DNA of 64,000 bases from Faecalibacterium sp. CAG:74 (GTDB lineage: Bacteria; Spirochaetota; Spirochaetia; Sphaerochaetales; Sphaerochaetaceae): assembly GCA_963638045.1 (NCBI GenBank), contig CAVHPV010000002.1:8-64007 (forward strand), written 5' to 3'. Positions 43,488 through 52,591 of this stretch are shown here, piece after piece. A model generated the notes under the pieces. It was not told where the DNA came from. It ran no database searches and saw only the letters and a list, made by a program, of their open reading frames with translations. The translations under genes were made by a program, and so were the position numbers. Positions within the stretch are counted from its first letter, which is position 1. The number at the start of each line of letters is the position of its first letter.

Positions 43488-43926
43488 GCTTTTTCTCCTT
43501 TCTAAACAGATATTCAACGGGTCTATTTAATTTATGTAGTGAAATCACAACGGTCCAGTCGCCATCCTCTCTCTTGATCAAATTGAACTTTGTATAAACA
43601 TCGACGCTTTCTTTTTCTCCAACAGCATTATAGAGGACAACACGGGGAACAAATACATAAAGAACTTCGTCCTCATATCCTTTCTTCATATTCCTGAGAG
43701 TGTGGCAGAAATCATCAACGGTGATTTCCAAGAGGAGCCTCTTCCTCTTTTTATGATAAAGATTGTACTCATTTATGAAAGATATATTCTCCTGTCTGTT
43801 CTCGTTCATTGAAACCTGGAATCTGTCATTTTCCACGCACTCCTTAATTCTGGACAGCACAGCGTCTATCTCGCTCTTTGTGTAATCCCTCTTATAATAC
43901 TGATTCGACATACCCCTCCCCAACAT
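43480..43926 (-). CDS. MqsR-like (RelE/YoeB-superfamily) toxin candidate
   Basis: 148 aa (143 aa if it starts at 43911). Hand alignment to E. coli MqsR: LEITVDDFCHTL versus GLSESDFYKSM, VDVYTKFNL...VVISLHK versus QVYLKITV...LIVSFKEK. Toxin-first order as in mqsRA. Confidence 0.5.
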   Translation of the reverse strand: MLGRGMSNQYYKRDYTKSEIDAVLSRIKECVENDRFQVSMNENRQENISFINEYNLYHKKRKRLLLEITVDDFCHTLRNMKKGYEDEVLYVFVPRVVLYNAVGEKESVDVYTKFNLIKREDGDWTVVISLHKLNRPVEYLFRKEKKHD

Positions 43927-43929
43927 CCT

Positions 43930-43949
43930 TATTGTCTATAGAGACAATA
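43930..43949. promoter_or_regulatory. 8-4-8 inverted repeat TATTGTCT-atag-AGACAATA, candidate TA operator
   Basis: Lies immediately upstream of the toxin start codon. The minus strand has TTGACA just upstream of it. Confidence 0.45.
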
Positions 43950-44008
43950 GAAAATGTCAATATATGTACTAATTGGTACATAATGAGGAAAATTTAAAAA
44001 TTTCCTTG

Positions 44009-44433
44009 ACTAGGTCATTATCTGACCTAGTGCACTCTCTATACTGGTTCTGTCATAAGGAGACAAAAGATGACTTATTCAGAGACAAGAGAGATGTACA
44101 CATCCTTCTATGCGGAGAGCAGAAGGGAAAGAGAGAAAAGAACCGGATTGCTGTTAAACGCTTTTAAACTCCTTTATTCATGTTTTCTGCCATGGCTTAT
44201 AACTTCACTATGCATTGTGAGAGTACATAACCTCCACAATGCAAAGGGCTTTCTTCTTTCTTTCGTTATACTCGGCCTTTCCCTTCCCTTCTACTCAAGT
44301 GCATCCAATAGTGACAGGACATACTTCCTCTCCTGTACCATCCTTTCATACCTTATTGCACTTTCATCAGTCCTCACTGTTCTTATGTAGGACTCACCCA
44401 ACACCCCTTATGCCGGGCTCATAACCCGGCTTT
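44009..44433. repeat. 425-bp direct repeat, right copy (partner 42067-42491)
   Basis: See the left copy. Confidence 0.95.
44070..44390 (+). CDS. Small hydrophobic membrane protein (106 aa), copy 2
   Basis: Identical translation to 42128-42448. This copy has an intact TTGAC upstream and a longer T-run after its terminator. Confidence 0.5.
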   Translation: MTYSETREMYTSFYAESRREREKRTGLLLNAFKLLYSCFLPWLITSLCIVRVHNLHNAKGFLLSFVILGLSLPFYSSASNSDRTYFLSCTILSYLIALSSVLTVLM

Positions 44434-44441
44434 CTCTTTTT
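44412..44441 (+). terminator. Rho-independent terminator at the end of repeat copy 2
   Basis: GCCGGG-ctcataa-CCCGGC followed by TTTCTCTTTTT. Confidence 0.65.
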
Positions 44442-44547
44442 GCAGAGACATAGTACTCTTTGTTTCATCTTTCAAAGAACGAAAGATTTTCCCTGCTATG
44501 AGAGAGCTCACTTTTCCTTTTCTCCTTTTAGGTATATCCTCTTTTCT

Positions 44548-45876
44548 ATGAGTAATTTAATTGAAAGATACAAGTCTTTTCTCGATAACGGAAAGACAGA
44601 AAGGGAGTGTGTCAGAGAGGCTGTTGCCCTTGCAGAAAAGAAGGGTTATAAGGACCTCTTTAGTGTCTCTTCTCTCAAAAGTGGAGACAAGGTATATGTT
44701 GTGAATTATGGAAAGGCTGTTGCCTTCTACCATATCGGGACGGGCGATATCTCAAAGGGTATGAACATCCTCGGAGCCCACATCGACTCCCCCAGACTCG
44801 ATATAAAGATGAATCCTCTCTATGAGAGCGACGGGCTTGTCTATCTCGACACCCATTACTATGGCGGAATCAAGAAATACCAATGGGTTACAATGCCACT
44901 TGCTATCCATGGTGTTGTATGCAAGACAGACGGCAGTGTGCTGAATGTAAAAATCGGAGAAGAGGATGATGATTTCACATTCTGTATTTCCGATATCCTT
45001 CCACATATGGCACAGGAACAGATGAAAAAGACTGCCGGTGAATTCATACCCGGTGAAGACCTCGACCTTGTAGTGGGTCTGGGAGAAAAAAAGAGCGGAG
45101 ATGAGAAAGAGGAGAAGGATGAAGCAAAGAAAAGAATTCTCTCCATCCTCGGCGAAAAATACAACATCACAGAGAAGGATTTCCTCTCTGCAGAGCTCGA
45201 AGTAGTTCCTGCAGGAAAGGCAAAGTATCTCGGCTTTGACAAATCGATGGTCCTTGCATATGGGCAGGATGACAGAATTTGCTCATTCACTTCACTTGAT
45301 GCACTTCTGGAGGGAGAGACAGAGGAAAGAACAAGCGTATGTCTTCTTGTTGACAAGGAGGAGATCGGCTCGACAGGTGCAACCGGAATGGATTCCCGTT
45401 TCTTCGAAAATGCAACAGCTGAGGTTCTTGACAGGCTCGGAAGCTACTCATCCCTCACCCTCCAGAGGACACTCAGAAACTCCATGATGCTTTCAAGCGA
45501 CGTCAACTCTGCATATGATCCTCTCAACAGCAGTCTCTATGACAAGAAGAATTCATCATTCCTCTCCGGTGGTGTCGTATTCAACAAGTACACAGGCTCC
45601 CGTGGCAAGAGCGGTGCAAGTGATGCAAACCCGGAGTTCATCTCAAAACTGAGAGCAACCCTTGAGAAGAACAATATCTCATACCAGATGGCAGAGATGG
45701 CAAAGGTTGATGTCGGAGGCGGTGGAACGATTGCCAAGTTCTCGGCTTACTACGGCATGCAGGTTATCGACTGCGGAGTAGCAATCCTCTCTATGCACGC
45801 ACCCTGGGAGATCTCAAGCGTGAAGGACATCGAGGATGCAAAGAACACCTATAAGGCTTTCCTCACCATAAAATAG
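44548..45876 (+). CDS. M18-family aminopeptidase (aminopeptidase 1-like)
   Basis: GAHIDSPRLD, EEIGSTGATG. Start at MSNLIERYKSF (the track ORF starts 108 nt upstream without support). Confidence 0.75.
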   Translation: MSNLIERYKSFLDNGKTERECVREAVALAEKKGYKDLFSVSSLKSGDKVYVVNYGKAVAFYHIGTGDISKGMNILGAHIDSPRLDIKMNPLYESDGLVYLDTHYYGGIKKYQWVTMPLAIHGVVCKTDGSVLNVKIGEEDDDFTFCISDILPHMAQEQMKKTAGEFIPGEDLDLVVGLGEKKSGDEKEEKDEAKKRILSILGEKYNITEKDFLSAELEVVPAGKAKYLGFDKSMVLAYGQDDRICSFTSLDALLEGETEERTSVCLLVDKEEIGSTGATGMDSRFFENATAEVLDRLGSYSSLTLQRTLRNSMMLSSDVNSAYDPLNSSLYDKKNSSFLSGGVVFNKYTGSRGKSGASDANPEFISKLRATLEKNNISYQMAEMAKVDVGGGGTIAKFSAYYGMQVIDCGVAILSMHAPWEISSVKDIEDAKNTYKAFLTIK

Positions 45877-45885
45877 GTCAAAATA

Positions 45886-45920
45886 AAAATGCCTGATTCT
45901 TTAAAGGAACCGGGCATTTT
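45886..45920. terminator. Hairpin between convergent aminopeptidase and glnA genes
   Basis: AAAATGCC ... GGCATTTT 8-bp outer stem with an A-run and T-run on either side, so it could act bidirectionally. The inner pairing is imperfect. Confidence 0.4.
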
Positions 45921-45946
45921 CTTTACATAATATGTATAAGATGATA

Positions 45947-48034
45947 TCAAGTATAGAATAGTATATCACCATAGGTCGGGAACGGCCAATACTCACGGGC
46001 AACCACAAGCTCAAGGCTGTCACATATCTTTCTCAACTTTTCCATCCTGGGAAGCACATCAGTGCAATAGTAGTGAGACTGCAGCGCCCCCTCAAGATTA
46101 TGGGCTTCTGCAATTGTTATATTGAGTATATTGCACTCCTCGTAAAGCTCGTTGTTAAGCCTCGTTATTCTCTCGAGTATCTCCTCCTGGGAGTGGGTGC
46201 TGAGAGAAGGAATAACCCCCTTCATCCTTACAATAGATTCAGCAAGGGAGGAAGCATACTTCACCGATGCCGGGTATATGTCTCTCATTGCGATATCATA
46301 CATAGTGAGGGCCTCGATGTTTACTGTCTTTGAGTATTCCTCATGGTGTATCTCCATCCTGCTTGCGACTTCCTTTTCAGAGTAGATTCCGAACTCCCCG
46401 AAGAGTTTTATATTCTTCTCTGCTGTATATTGGTCAAAGGCATCCGGGGCACTTTCAAGGTTCAAGAGTTCCCGTCTTGCCGCCTCCTCAAGCCACTCGG
46501 GAGAGTAGGCATTGCCATTGAAGACTATTCTCTTATGGTCACTGTATACACGCCCGATAAGCTTTGTAGCAGCCACATTGAGATCACTTTCATCTTTTAT
46601 CTCCTCATAGAAAGATTTGAGAGAAGAGGCTACTGCTGTGTTCAACACCACAAGCGGACCGGACACCGAGAATGAGGAACCCGGCATTCTGAACTCAAAC
46701 TTGTTGCCTGTAAAGGCAAGCGGGCTTGTTCTGTTACGGTCTGTCGAGTCACGAGAAATCTCAGGAAGAACATGAACGCCGAGTTTCATCTTCTTCTTTT
46801 TCTTCTCTTCAAAGCTTGTCCCGTTCGCAATTGACTCCAGGATAGATTCAAGCTCATCACCAATGAACATCGAGACGATTGCAGGTGGGGCCTCCGAGCC
46901 TCCGAGTCTATGGTCATTGCCTGCAGATGATATCGAGATACGCAATAAGTCCTGGAACTCGTCCGCAGCCTTGATGACCGCTACGAAGAATAAAAGGAAA
47001 AGTGCATTGTCGGCGGGATTTTCTCCGGGCTCCAGAAGATTCACTCCCGTATCTGTCGAAAGCGACCAGTTTATGTGCTTACCCGAACCGTTAAGCCCCG
47101 CAAACGGCTTCTCATGAAGAAGACAGGCAAAATGGTGCTTCTGTGCGATCTTCTTCATCAATTCCATGGTAATCTGGTTATGGTCGACGGCGACATTGGC
47201 CACGCTGAAGACAGGAGCCAGCTCATGCTGACATGGAGCGACCTCATTGTGGCTTGTCTTGGCGTTTATTCCGAGTTTCCAGAGTTCCTTGTCAAGGTCC
47301 GCCATATAATCTGCAACCCTTGTCCTGATAGCTCCGAAGTAATGGTCATCCTTCTCCTGGCCCTTGGGACTTCTTGCCCCGAAGAGGGTGCGTCCCGTCA
47401 TGATTATATCTTTTCTTCTCTTATAGTCATCCTCGTCTATAAGGAAATATTCCTGTTCAGGCCCGACAGTTGCATTCACCCTTCTGGCATCGGTTTTCCC
47501 GAAGAGAGAGAGAATCTTCAAGGCATACTCATTAAGTGCCTCCATACTCCTTAATAGTGGTGTCTTCTTGTCGAGAACCTCCCCCGAGTAAGAACAATAG
47601 GCTGTAGGGATGCACAGTGTGTCCCCCTTGATGAATGCATAGGAGGTCGGGTCCCATGCAGTATAACCCCGGGCCTCAAATGTAGCTCTGAGACCGCCGG
47701 AAGGGAAGGATGAGGCATCAGGCTCCCCTTTTATAAGCTCCTTACCCGAGAACTCTAGAAGCACTCTTCCCCCTTCCACAGGAGAAATGAATGCATCATG
47801 CTTTTCTGCTGTCATCCCGGTGAGAGGCTGGAACCAGTGTGTATAATGTGTCGCCCCCTTCTCGATTGCCCAGTTCTTCATTGCATTGGCAACACTGTTG
47901 GCAATATTGAGGTCCAGGTCCTTACCTTCTCTTATAGTCTTCTTGAGTGCCTTGTATATATCTTTTGGAAGGCGCTCCAGCATAACCTCATCATTGAATA
48001 CCATAGAACCGAAATAATCTCTGATTGTTTCCAT
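45947..48034 (-). CDS. glnA: Glutamine synthetase type III
   Basis: 695 aa. N-terminus [29 protein letters not shown] and the length are characteristic of GSIII (GlnN). Confidence 0.9.
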   Translation of the reverse strand: METIRDYFGSMVFNDEVMLERLPKDIYKALKKTIREGKDLDLNIANSVANAMKNWAIEKGATHYTHWFQPLTGMTAEKHDAFISPVEGGRVLLEFSGKELIKGEPDASSFPSGGLRATFEARGYTAWDPTSYAFIKGDTLCIPTAYCSYSGEVLDKKTPLLRSMEALNEYALKILSLFGKTDARRVNATVGPEQEYFLIDEDDYKRRKDIIMTGRTLFGARSPKGQEKDDHYFGAIRTRVADYMADLDKELWKLGINAKTSHNEVAPCQHELAPVFSVANVAVDHNQITMELMKKIAQKHHFACLLHEKPFAGLNGSGKHINWSLSTDTGVNLLEPGENPADNALFLLFFVAVIKAADEFQDLLRISISSAGNDHRLGGSEAPPAIVSMFIGDELESILESIANGTSFEEKKKKKMKLGVHVLPEISRDSTDRNRTSPLAFTGNKFEFRMPGSSFSVSGPLVVLNTAVASSLKSFYEEIKDESDLNVAATKLIGRVYSDHKRIVFNGNAYSPEWLEEAARRELLNLESAPDAFDQYTAEKNIKLFGEFGIYSEKEVASRMEIHHEEYSKTVNIEALTMYDIAMRDIYPASVKYASSLAESIVRMKGVIPSLSTHSQEEILERITRLNNELYEECNILNITIAEAHNLEGALQSHYYCTDVLPRMEKLRKICDSLELVVAREYWPFPTYGDILFYT

Positions 48035-48323
48035 CCGTTTTCTGCTCCGTTTCCTTTTCTATAGCACAAAAGAAGAAGTTACCTCAACAAGGAGAGGAAC
48101 ACGAAGAGTTGTTTTATAATTGATTTCTTTTTTTGCCTTTTTTCTTCTTTAGCCTTATTGACAGATTAACACAAAAAGAATAATCATCATTGCCATATTG
48201 AAAGGTACAAACATGAGAGCGAGACTAGTCTGGGCCAGAGGAAAAGAGAAAAGGAAAGTGCAACTTTCCCTCCTCTCTCTCACTTCCACTCAGACAGAGG
48301 AGACTCAGATACACTGAATATCA

Positions 48324-48353
48324 GGGACACCGGAGATGGTGCCCTCTTTTTTT
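48324..48353 (+). terminator. Leader terminator (attenuator candidate) immediately upstream of pyrG
   Basis: GGGACACC-ggagat-GGTGCCC (one bulged A) followed by TCTTTTTTT. The T-run ends about 10 nt before the pyrG ATG. Confidence 0.6.
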
Positions 48354-48363
48354 GGAGGAATTT

Positions 48364-49959
48364 ATGGCAAAACACATCTTTGTCACAGGCGGAGTTGTAT
48401 CAGGACTGGGGAAGGGCATCACTGCCGCATCTCTGGGAAGACTTCTCAAGAGCAGAGGCTACAAGGTAGCTTCTCAGAAGCTTGACCCATACATGAATGT
48501 CGACCCGGGAACAATGTCTCCACTCCAGCATGGAGAGGTATTTGTCACAGAGGACGGCGCAGAGACCGATCTGGATCTCGGCCACTACGAAAGATTCATA
48601 GATGAAGATCTCTCAAAGTTCTCCAATCTCACGAGTGGAAAGGTGTATTGGAATGTCCTCAATAAGGAGAGGAACGGGGAGTACCTGGGGCACACCGTGC
48701 AGATAATCCCCCACGTCACAAATGAAATCAAGGAATTCATATATAATTGCGGAAAGACAAGCAATGCCGATGTAGTCATCACGGAAATAGGGGGAACGAC
48801 GGGAGACATCGAATCACAGCCGTTTCTTGAAGCAATACGCCAGATCGGCCATGAGGTCGGAAGCGAGAACTGCCTCTTCATCCATGTTGTCCTTGTCCCT
48901 TATCTCTATGCTTCGGGGGAGCACAAATCAAAGCCCGCACAGCACTCCGTCAAGGAGCTTATGAGCTCGGGTATCTTCCCCGATATCATCGTACTCAGAA
49001 GTGATGAGCCTATTGAGGAGTCCATCAAAGAAAAAGTATCACTCTTTTGCAATGTGAAGAGAGATTGTGTCATAGAGAACAAGACGGTCCCCGTTCTCTA
49101 TGAAGCTCCCCTCATGCTTCATAAGGAGGGCCTCGATACTGCAGCATGCCGTATCCTTCACCTTGACGAGAGGAAGATCGACCTCTGTGAGTGGGAGGCA
49201 ATGGTCGACAACATCCACAGGGCACAGAAGAGCGTGAGGATAGCAATGGTCGGCAAGTATATGGAACTTCACGACGCCTACCTCTCCGTAATGGAAGCAT
49301 TAAAACATGCCTCATGGAATGAAGGTGCCAATTGTACTATCGACTGGGTCGACAGTGAGACAGTCACAGAGGAGACAGTCGAAGAGCGTCTTAAGGATGC
49401 AGACGGAATTCTTGTTCCCGGAGGTTTCGGCTACAGAGGAGTTGAAGGCAAGATTACAGCTGTCAAATATGCACGTACCCACAAGGTTCCTTTCCTGGGA
49501 ATCTGTCTGGGAATGCAAGTTGCCGTCATCGAGTATGCAAGAAACGTTCTCGGCCTTGAAGGTGCCAACTCATCCGAGTTCGACAAAGACGGCAAATACA
49601 GTGTCATCGATCTTATGCCTGACCAGAAGGGAGTGAAAAAAGGCGGAACTATGAGACTGGGTGCCTATCCATGTGCAATCAGGAAAGGAAGTGTACTCGA
49701 GGGTCTTTACAAGACAGATCTCATCGAGGAGAGGCACAGACACAGATATGAATTCAACAATGATTTCAGAACCCTCTTTGAGGAAAGCGGAATGAAGATA
49801 AGTGGCACAAGCCCTGACGGTAAGCTCGTCGAGGAAGTCGAAATAGAGGGACACCCCTACTTTGTAGCCGTCCAGTTCCACCCCGAATTCAAGAGCAGGC
49901 CGCAGCGTCCGGAACCATGCTTCACCGGTCTTATAAAGGCAGCACTCAAAAAGAACTAA
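48364..49959 (+). CDS. pyrG: CTP synthase
   Basis: [35 protein letters not shown] at 48364 preceded by GGAGG (the track uses an upstream TTG). Confidence 0.95.
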   Translation: MAKHIFVTGGVVSGLGKGITAASLGRLLKSRGYKVASQKLDPYMNVDPGTMSPLQHGEVFVTEDGAETDLDLGHYERFIDEDLSKFSNLTSGKVYWNVLNKERNGEYLGHTVQIIPHVTNEIKEFIYNCGKTSNADVVITEIGGTTGDIESQPFLEAIRQIGHEVGSENCLFIHVVLVPYLYASGEHKSKPAQHSVKELMSSGIFPDIIVLRSDEPIEESIKEKVSLFCNVKRDCVIENKTVPVLYEAPLMLHKEGLDTAACRILHLDERKIDLCEWEAMVDNIHRAQKSVRIAMVGKYMELHDAYLSVMEALKHASWNEGANCTIDWVDSETVTEETVEERLKDADGILVPGGFGYRGVEGKITAVKYARTHKVPFLGICLGMQVAVIEYARNVLGLEGANSSEFDKDGKYSVIDLMPDQKGVKKGGTMRLGAYPCAIRKGSVLEGLYKTDLIEERHRHRYEFNNDFRTLFEESGMKISGTSPDGKLVEEVEIEGHPYFVAVQFHPEFKSRPQRPEPCFTGLIKAALKKN

Positions 49960-50927
49960 TCACTGTCTTTACCTAGAAGCAAGCCCAGGGATTCCTTGAC
50001 AAAGGGGATCCCCATTATTTTTTTGTACCCGTTTGCCGAATAATAGCAATACCAGCTCTCTTCACTCTCCTTGTATCTGACATCGAGGGATGTTATATAT
50101 CTTGAAGCCCAGCCTTCCTCAGGGGTTTTCTGTATGACTTTATTGAAAACGAAGTTTAACCCGTCCCGGCTTGTCAGGAGGAGAATATTGGTTGTACTCT
50201 TCCTTCTTTTTCTGTCATAGGAGAAAGCACACTCAAATGCAGCAACTCCGTCTGAACATTGGAGAATATGGACTGAGCCTGTTGCAAGGTTGCGGTACTC
50301 ATCATCCCCGTCAATATCAAGAAGAGGCTGTGGGTTTACGCGATATCCTCTGTCAAGATAATCAGACTCTGCATACATCAACCTTGCAGTGGCCTTTTGC
50401 TTCGTATCATAGATTCTTGCCTCACCTGAGCCGAAGTAAAGCCTGTAGATTCCACCTGTCTCGATTATCTGCGGACGCGAGATCCTCACCTCCCCGGCCC
50501 TATATTGTGCACGTGTGATTTTCATCGAATCCAGGACAGTCTTAGGCTCTGACCATAAAAGGAGGTCAGTTGAGCTTGTCACCATAATCCTCGAAGAGGA
50601 GACTGAGTTGTCATTCTTCCTGAAATAGGATGTGCGGTTATGAATCTCATAGAAAAGATAGTATGTGTTGCCTTCCTTGAATATGAAAGGAGAATGTCCC
50701 CTTGCAACAATGAGGTGCTCCCTCTTCCACTCCAGGCCGGAAGTGCTTGTCAGGTGTTCTACCCCTATCCAGGTATGGGCAAACATATGCCACAGCCCGT
50801 CCGGGGACTCCTCAGGAAGGAGGTAAGCCGGGTCGCATAGTCTGAAAGCCCCGCGGGTGAGAATAGGCTCATCGTTGAAGGAATACCAATAGGCATTCTC
50901 TATCTTCTCAAGCTCCTTAAGCCTCAT
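49956..50927 (-). CDS. Hypothetical protein, possibly a beta-propeller glycosidase-like fold (GH43/32/130-like)
   Basis: 323 aa. Repeated W/Y-rich beta-strand pattern ([32 protein letters not shown]). The family assignment is a guess. Confidence 0.3.
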   Translation of the reverse strand: MRLKELEKIENAYWYSFNDEPILTRGAFRLCDPAYLLPEESPDGLWHMFAHTWIGVEHLTSTSGLEWKREHLIVARGHSPFIFKEGNTYYLFYEIHNRTSYFRKNDNSVSSSRIMVTSSTDLLLWSEPKTVLDSMKITRAQYRAGEVRISRPQIIETGGIYRLYFGSGEARIYDTKQKATARLMYAESDYLDRGYRVNPQPLLDIDGDDEYRNLATGSVHILQCSDGVAAFECAFSYDRKRRKSTTNILLLTSRDGLNFVFNKVIQKTPEEGWASRYITSLDVRYKESEESWYCYYSANGYKKIMGIPFVKESLGLLLGKDSD

Positions 50928-51195
50928 TGTCTCTGTCCTTTCCTCCGCCGAGATCCCATTTCCTGCTGAGCAAAGTGAGAATCTTTTTGTAGAGGAATAA
51001 CGCTATTATGAATGACACAATAACAGCAACTCCCAAAAGAAGCATGAACACATCAGAGCTGAAAGCAACAACCTTGCTGTTGATAAATGCCAGAAAAAGC
51101 ACTAAAAGAATAAAGACACCAGCAACCAATGCCAGGTTAAGCAAAGTGGCAAGAACCATGAAAAGTGGCGTGTTTATCTTCTTTTTCTCACTCAT
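50917..51195 (-). CDS. Small membrane protein
   Basis: Two TM helices. Start at MSEKKKINTP, overlapping the lspA stop by 1 nt. Confidence 0.5.
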   Translation of the reverse strand: MSEKKKINTPLFMVLATLLNLALVAGVFILLVLFLAFINSKVVAFSSDVFMLLLGVAVIVSFIIALFLYKKILTLLSRKWDLGGGKDRDNEA

Positions 51196-51719
51196 TATTT
51201 CTTCTCCTTTCTTCTGCATTCATCAATAATTATTGTAATCAGAAGAAGTCCCACACTGATCACGACCGAGCTGTCCGCAACATTCCATGTGGGGAATCTG
51301 TCCATACCCAATATCCCATAGAACTTCACGCTGATGAAGTCAACAACTCTGAGGTGTCTGAAGATACGGTCAATGAGGTTGCCGCATCCGCCTCCGAGGA
51401 TACCGGCAAGACACCACTTCTGGAGAGTTGAGAACTCCCTGTCCGTCTTATGGGAGACAATAAGCCAGGCAAGTGCCCCCATGACACAAAGCGGCAGGAA
51501 AACAAAGAAGACATATTTCAATGCCACAGGAACATTCTCCCCCAGAGAAAAAGCAACTGCGTTGTTCCTGACGTGGATAATCCACAGAAAATCCCCTAAA
51601 AATGATGCACCAATGCTCCCTTCCGGGATATATTTCACAACAAGAGCCTTCGTAATCTGATCAATGATTATGATGAGTGTGGAGAGCAAGAATGGAAGGT
51701 ATCTTTTCTTTTCACTCAT
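51195..51719 (-). CDS. lspA: Lipoprotein signal peptidase (signal peptidase II)
   Basis: IIDQITK, NNAVAFSL, GGGCGNLIDR, VVDFI, WNVAD motifs. Confidence 0.9.
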   Translation of the reverse strand: MSEKKRYLPFLLSTLIIIIDQITKALVVKYIPEGSIGASFLGDFLWIIHVRNNAVAFSLGENVPVALKYVFFVFLPLCVMGALAWLIVSHKTDREFSTLQKWCLAGILGGGCGNLIDRIFRHLRVVDFISVKFYGILGMDRFPTWNVADSSVVISVGLLLITIIIDECRRKEKK

Positions 51720-52465
51720 AGTCCTGTCTCCGAATCAATAAAGAGTGTCTCCACCCCGTATTTCTTCTCCGTCAATCTCTGGAGAGCCTTGACACCATAA
51801 GTCTCACTCATGTAGTGCCCGAATGCGAGGATGCTCAGACCGTTCTCCATAGCCTCATGGTAGACTTCATGGTGGATTTCCCCCGTTATGAAGAGATCAA
51901 CACCTTCTTTGATTGCATCCTCCACATCACTCGATCCACTTCCCGATACAATTGCAACTCTCTCGATTTTCTCCTTTCTGCATCCCGGGATTATAACCGG
52001 TTCACTGCACTTCAGAAGAAGCATGATCTCCTCCATTGTCATAGGGAACGGAAGGTTACCCTTAACTCCGATAAGTTTTCCTTTCCACTCTCCAAAGCCG
52101 TCAAACTCCTTCATGCCGAGCATTAGGGCTATCTGGGCATTATTGCCATAGGGAATATTGGCATCAAGCGGAATATGGGAGGCGAAGAGCATCAATGAGC
52201 CGTCAAGCGCCCTCTTCACTCTCCTGTAGTGTGCCCCGTCAATGGCTATCGGACTACCCCAGAAAAGCCCGTGATGAACAAGAAGTATGTCACAGGAGGA
52301 TGATACTGCCTTGTCGATAGTGTCGAATGCTGCATCAACAGCAAACCCAACCTTCCTCAGTGGCCTGTCCTCACATCCTATCTGTATGCCGTTGAGTGAT
52401 ATATCCTGATAAGATGAAAGCGACAGAAGTTCTTCCATCTCATGTGCGTATTCATAAATTGTCAT
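51716..52465 (-). CDS. Nif3-family dinuclear metal centre protein
   Basis: ILLVHHGLFW, ASHIPLD, FGHYMSE. Start at MTIYEYAHEM. Confidence 0.8.
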   Translation of the reverse strand: MTIYEYAHEMEELLSLSSYQDISLNGIQIGCEDRPLRKVGFAVDAAFDTIDKAVSSSCDILLVHHGLFWGSPIAIDGAHYRRVKRALDGSLMLFASHIPLDANIPYGNNAQIALMLGMKEFDGFGEWKGKLIGVKGNLPFPMTMEEIMLLLKCSEPVIIPGCRKEKIERVAIVSGSGSSDVEDAIKEGVDLFITGEIHHEVYHEAMENGLSILAFGHYMSETYGVKALQRLTEKKYGVETLFIDSETGL

Positions 52466-52591
52466 AGATGTGATTATATGGATTAAGGTTAGAGTAGTCC
52501 ACAGCATAAAACACTCTCCAGACCTAACCTGTACTTTCATAGAAGTTCGGAGAGAGCGTAACTTATTTGCATAAAATCAGTCTAAGTTCTG

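Noticed and set aside
43973-44167. 64-aa ORF crossing the cassette/repeat junction, and the 75-aa ORF at 8471-8698 crossing the other junction
   Set aside because: Both span junctions between unrelated sequence, lack an SD, and overlap better-supported features.
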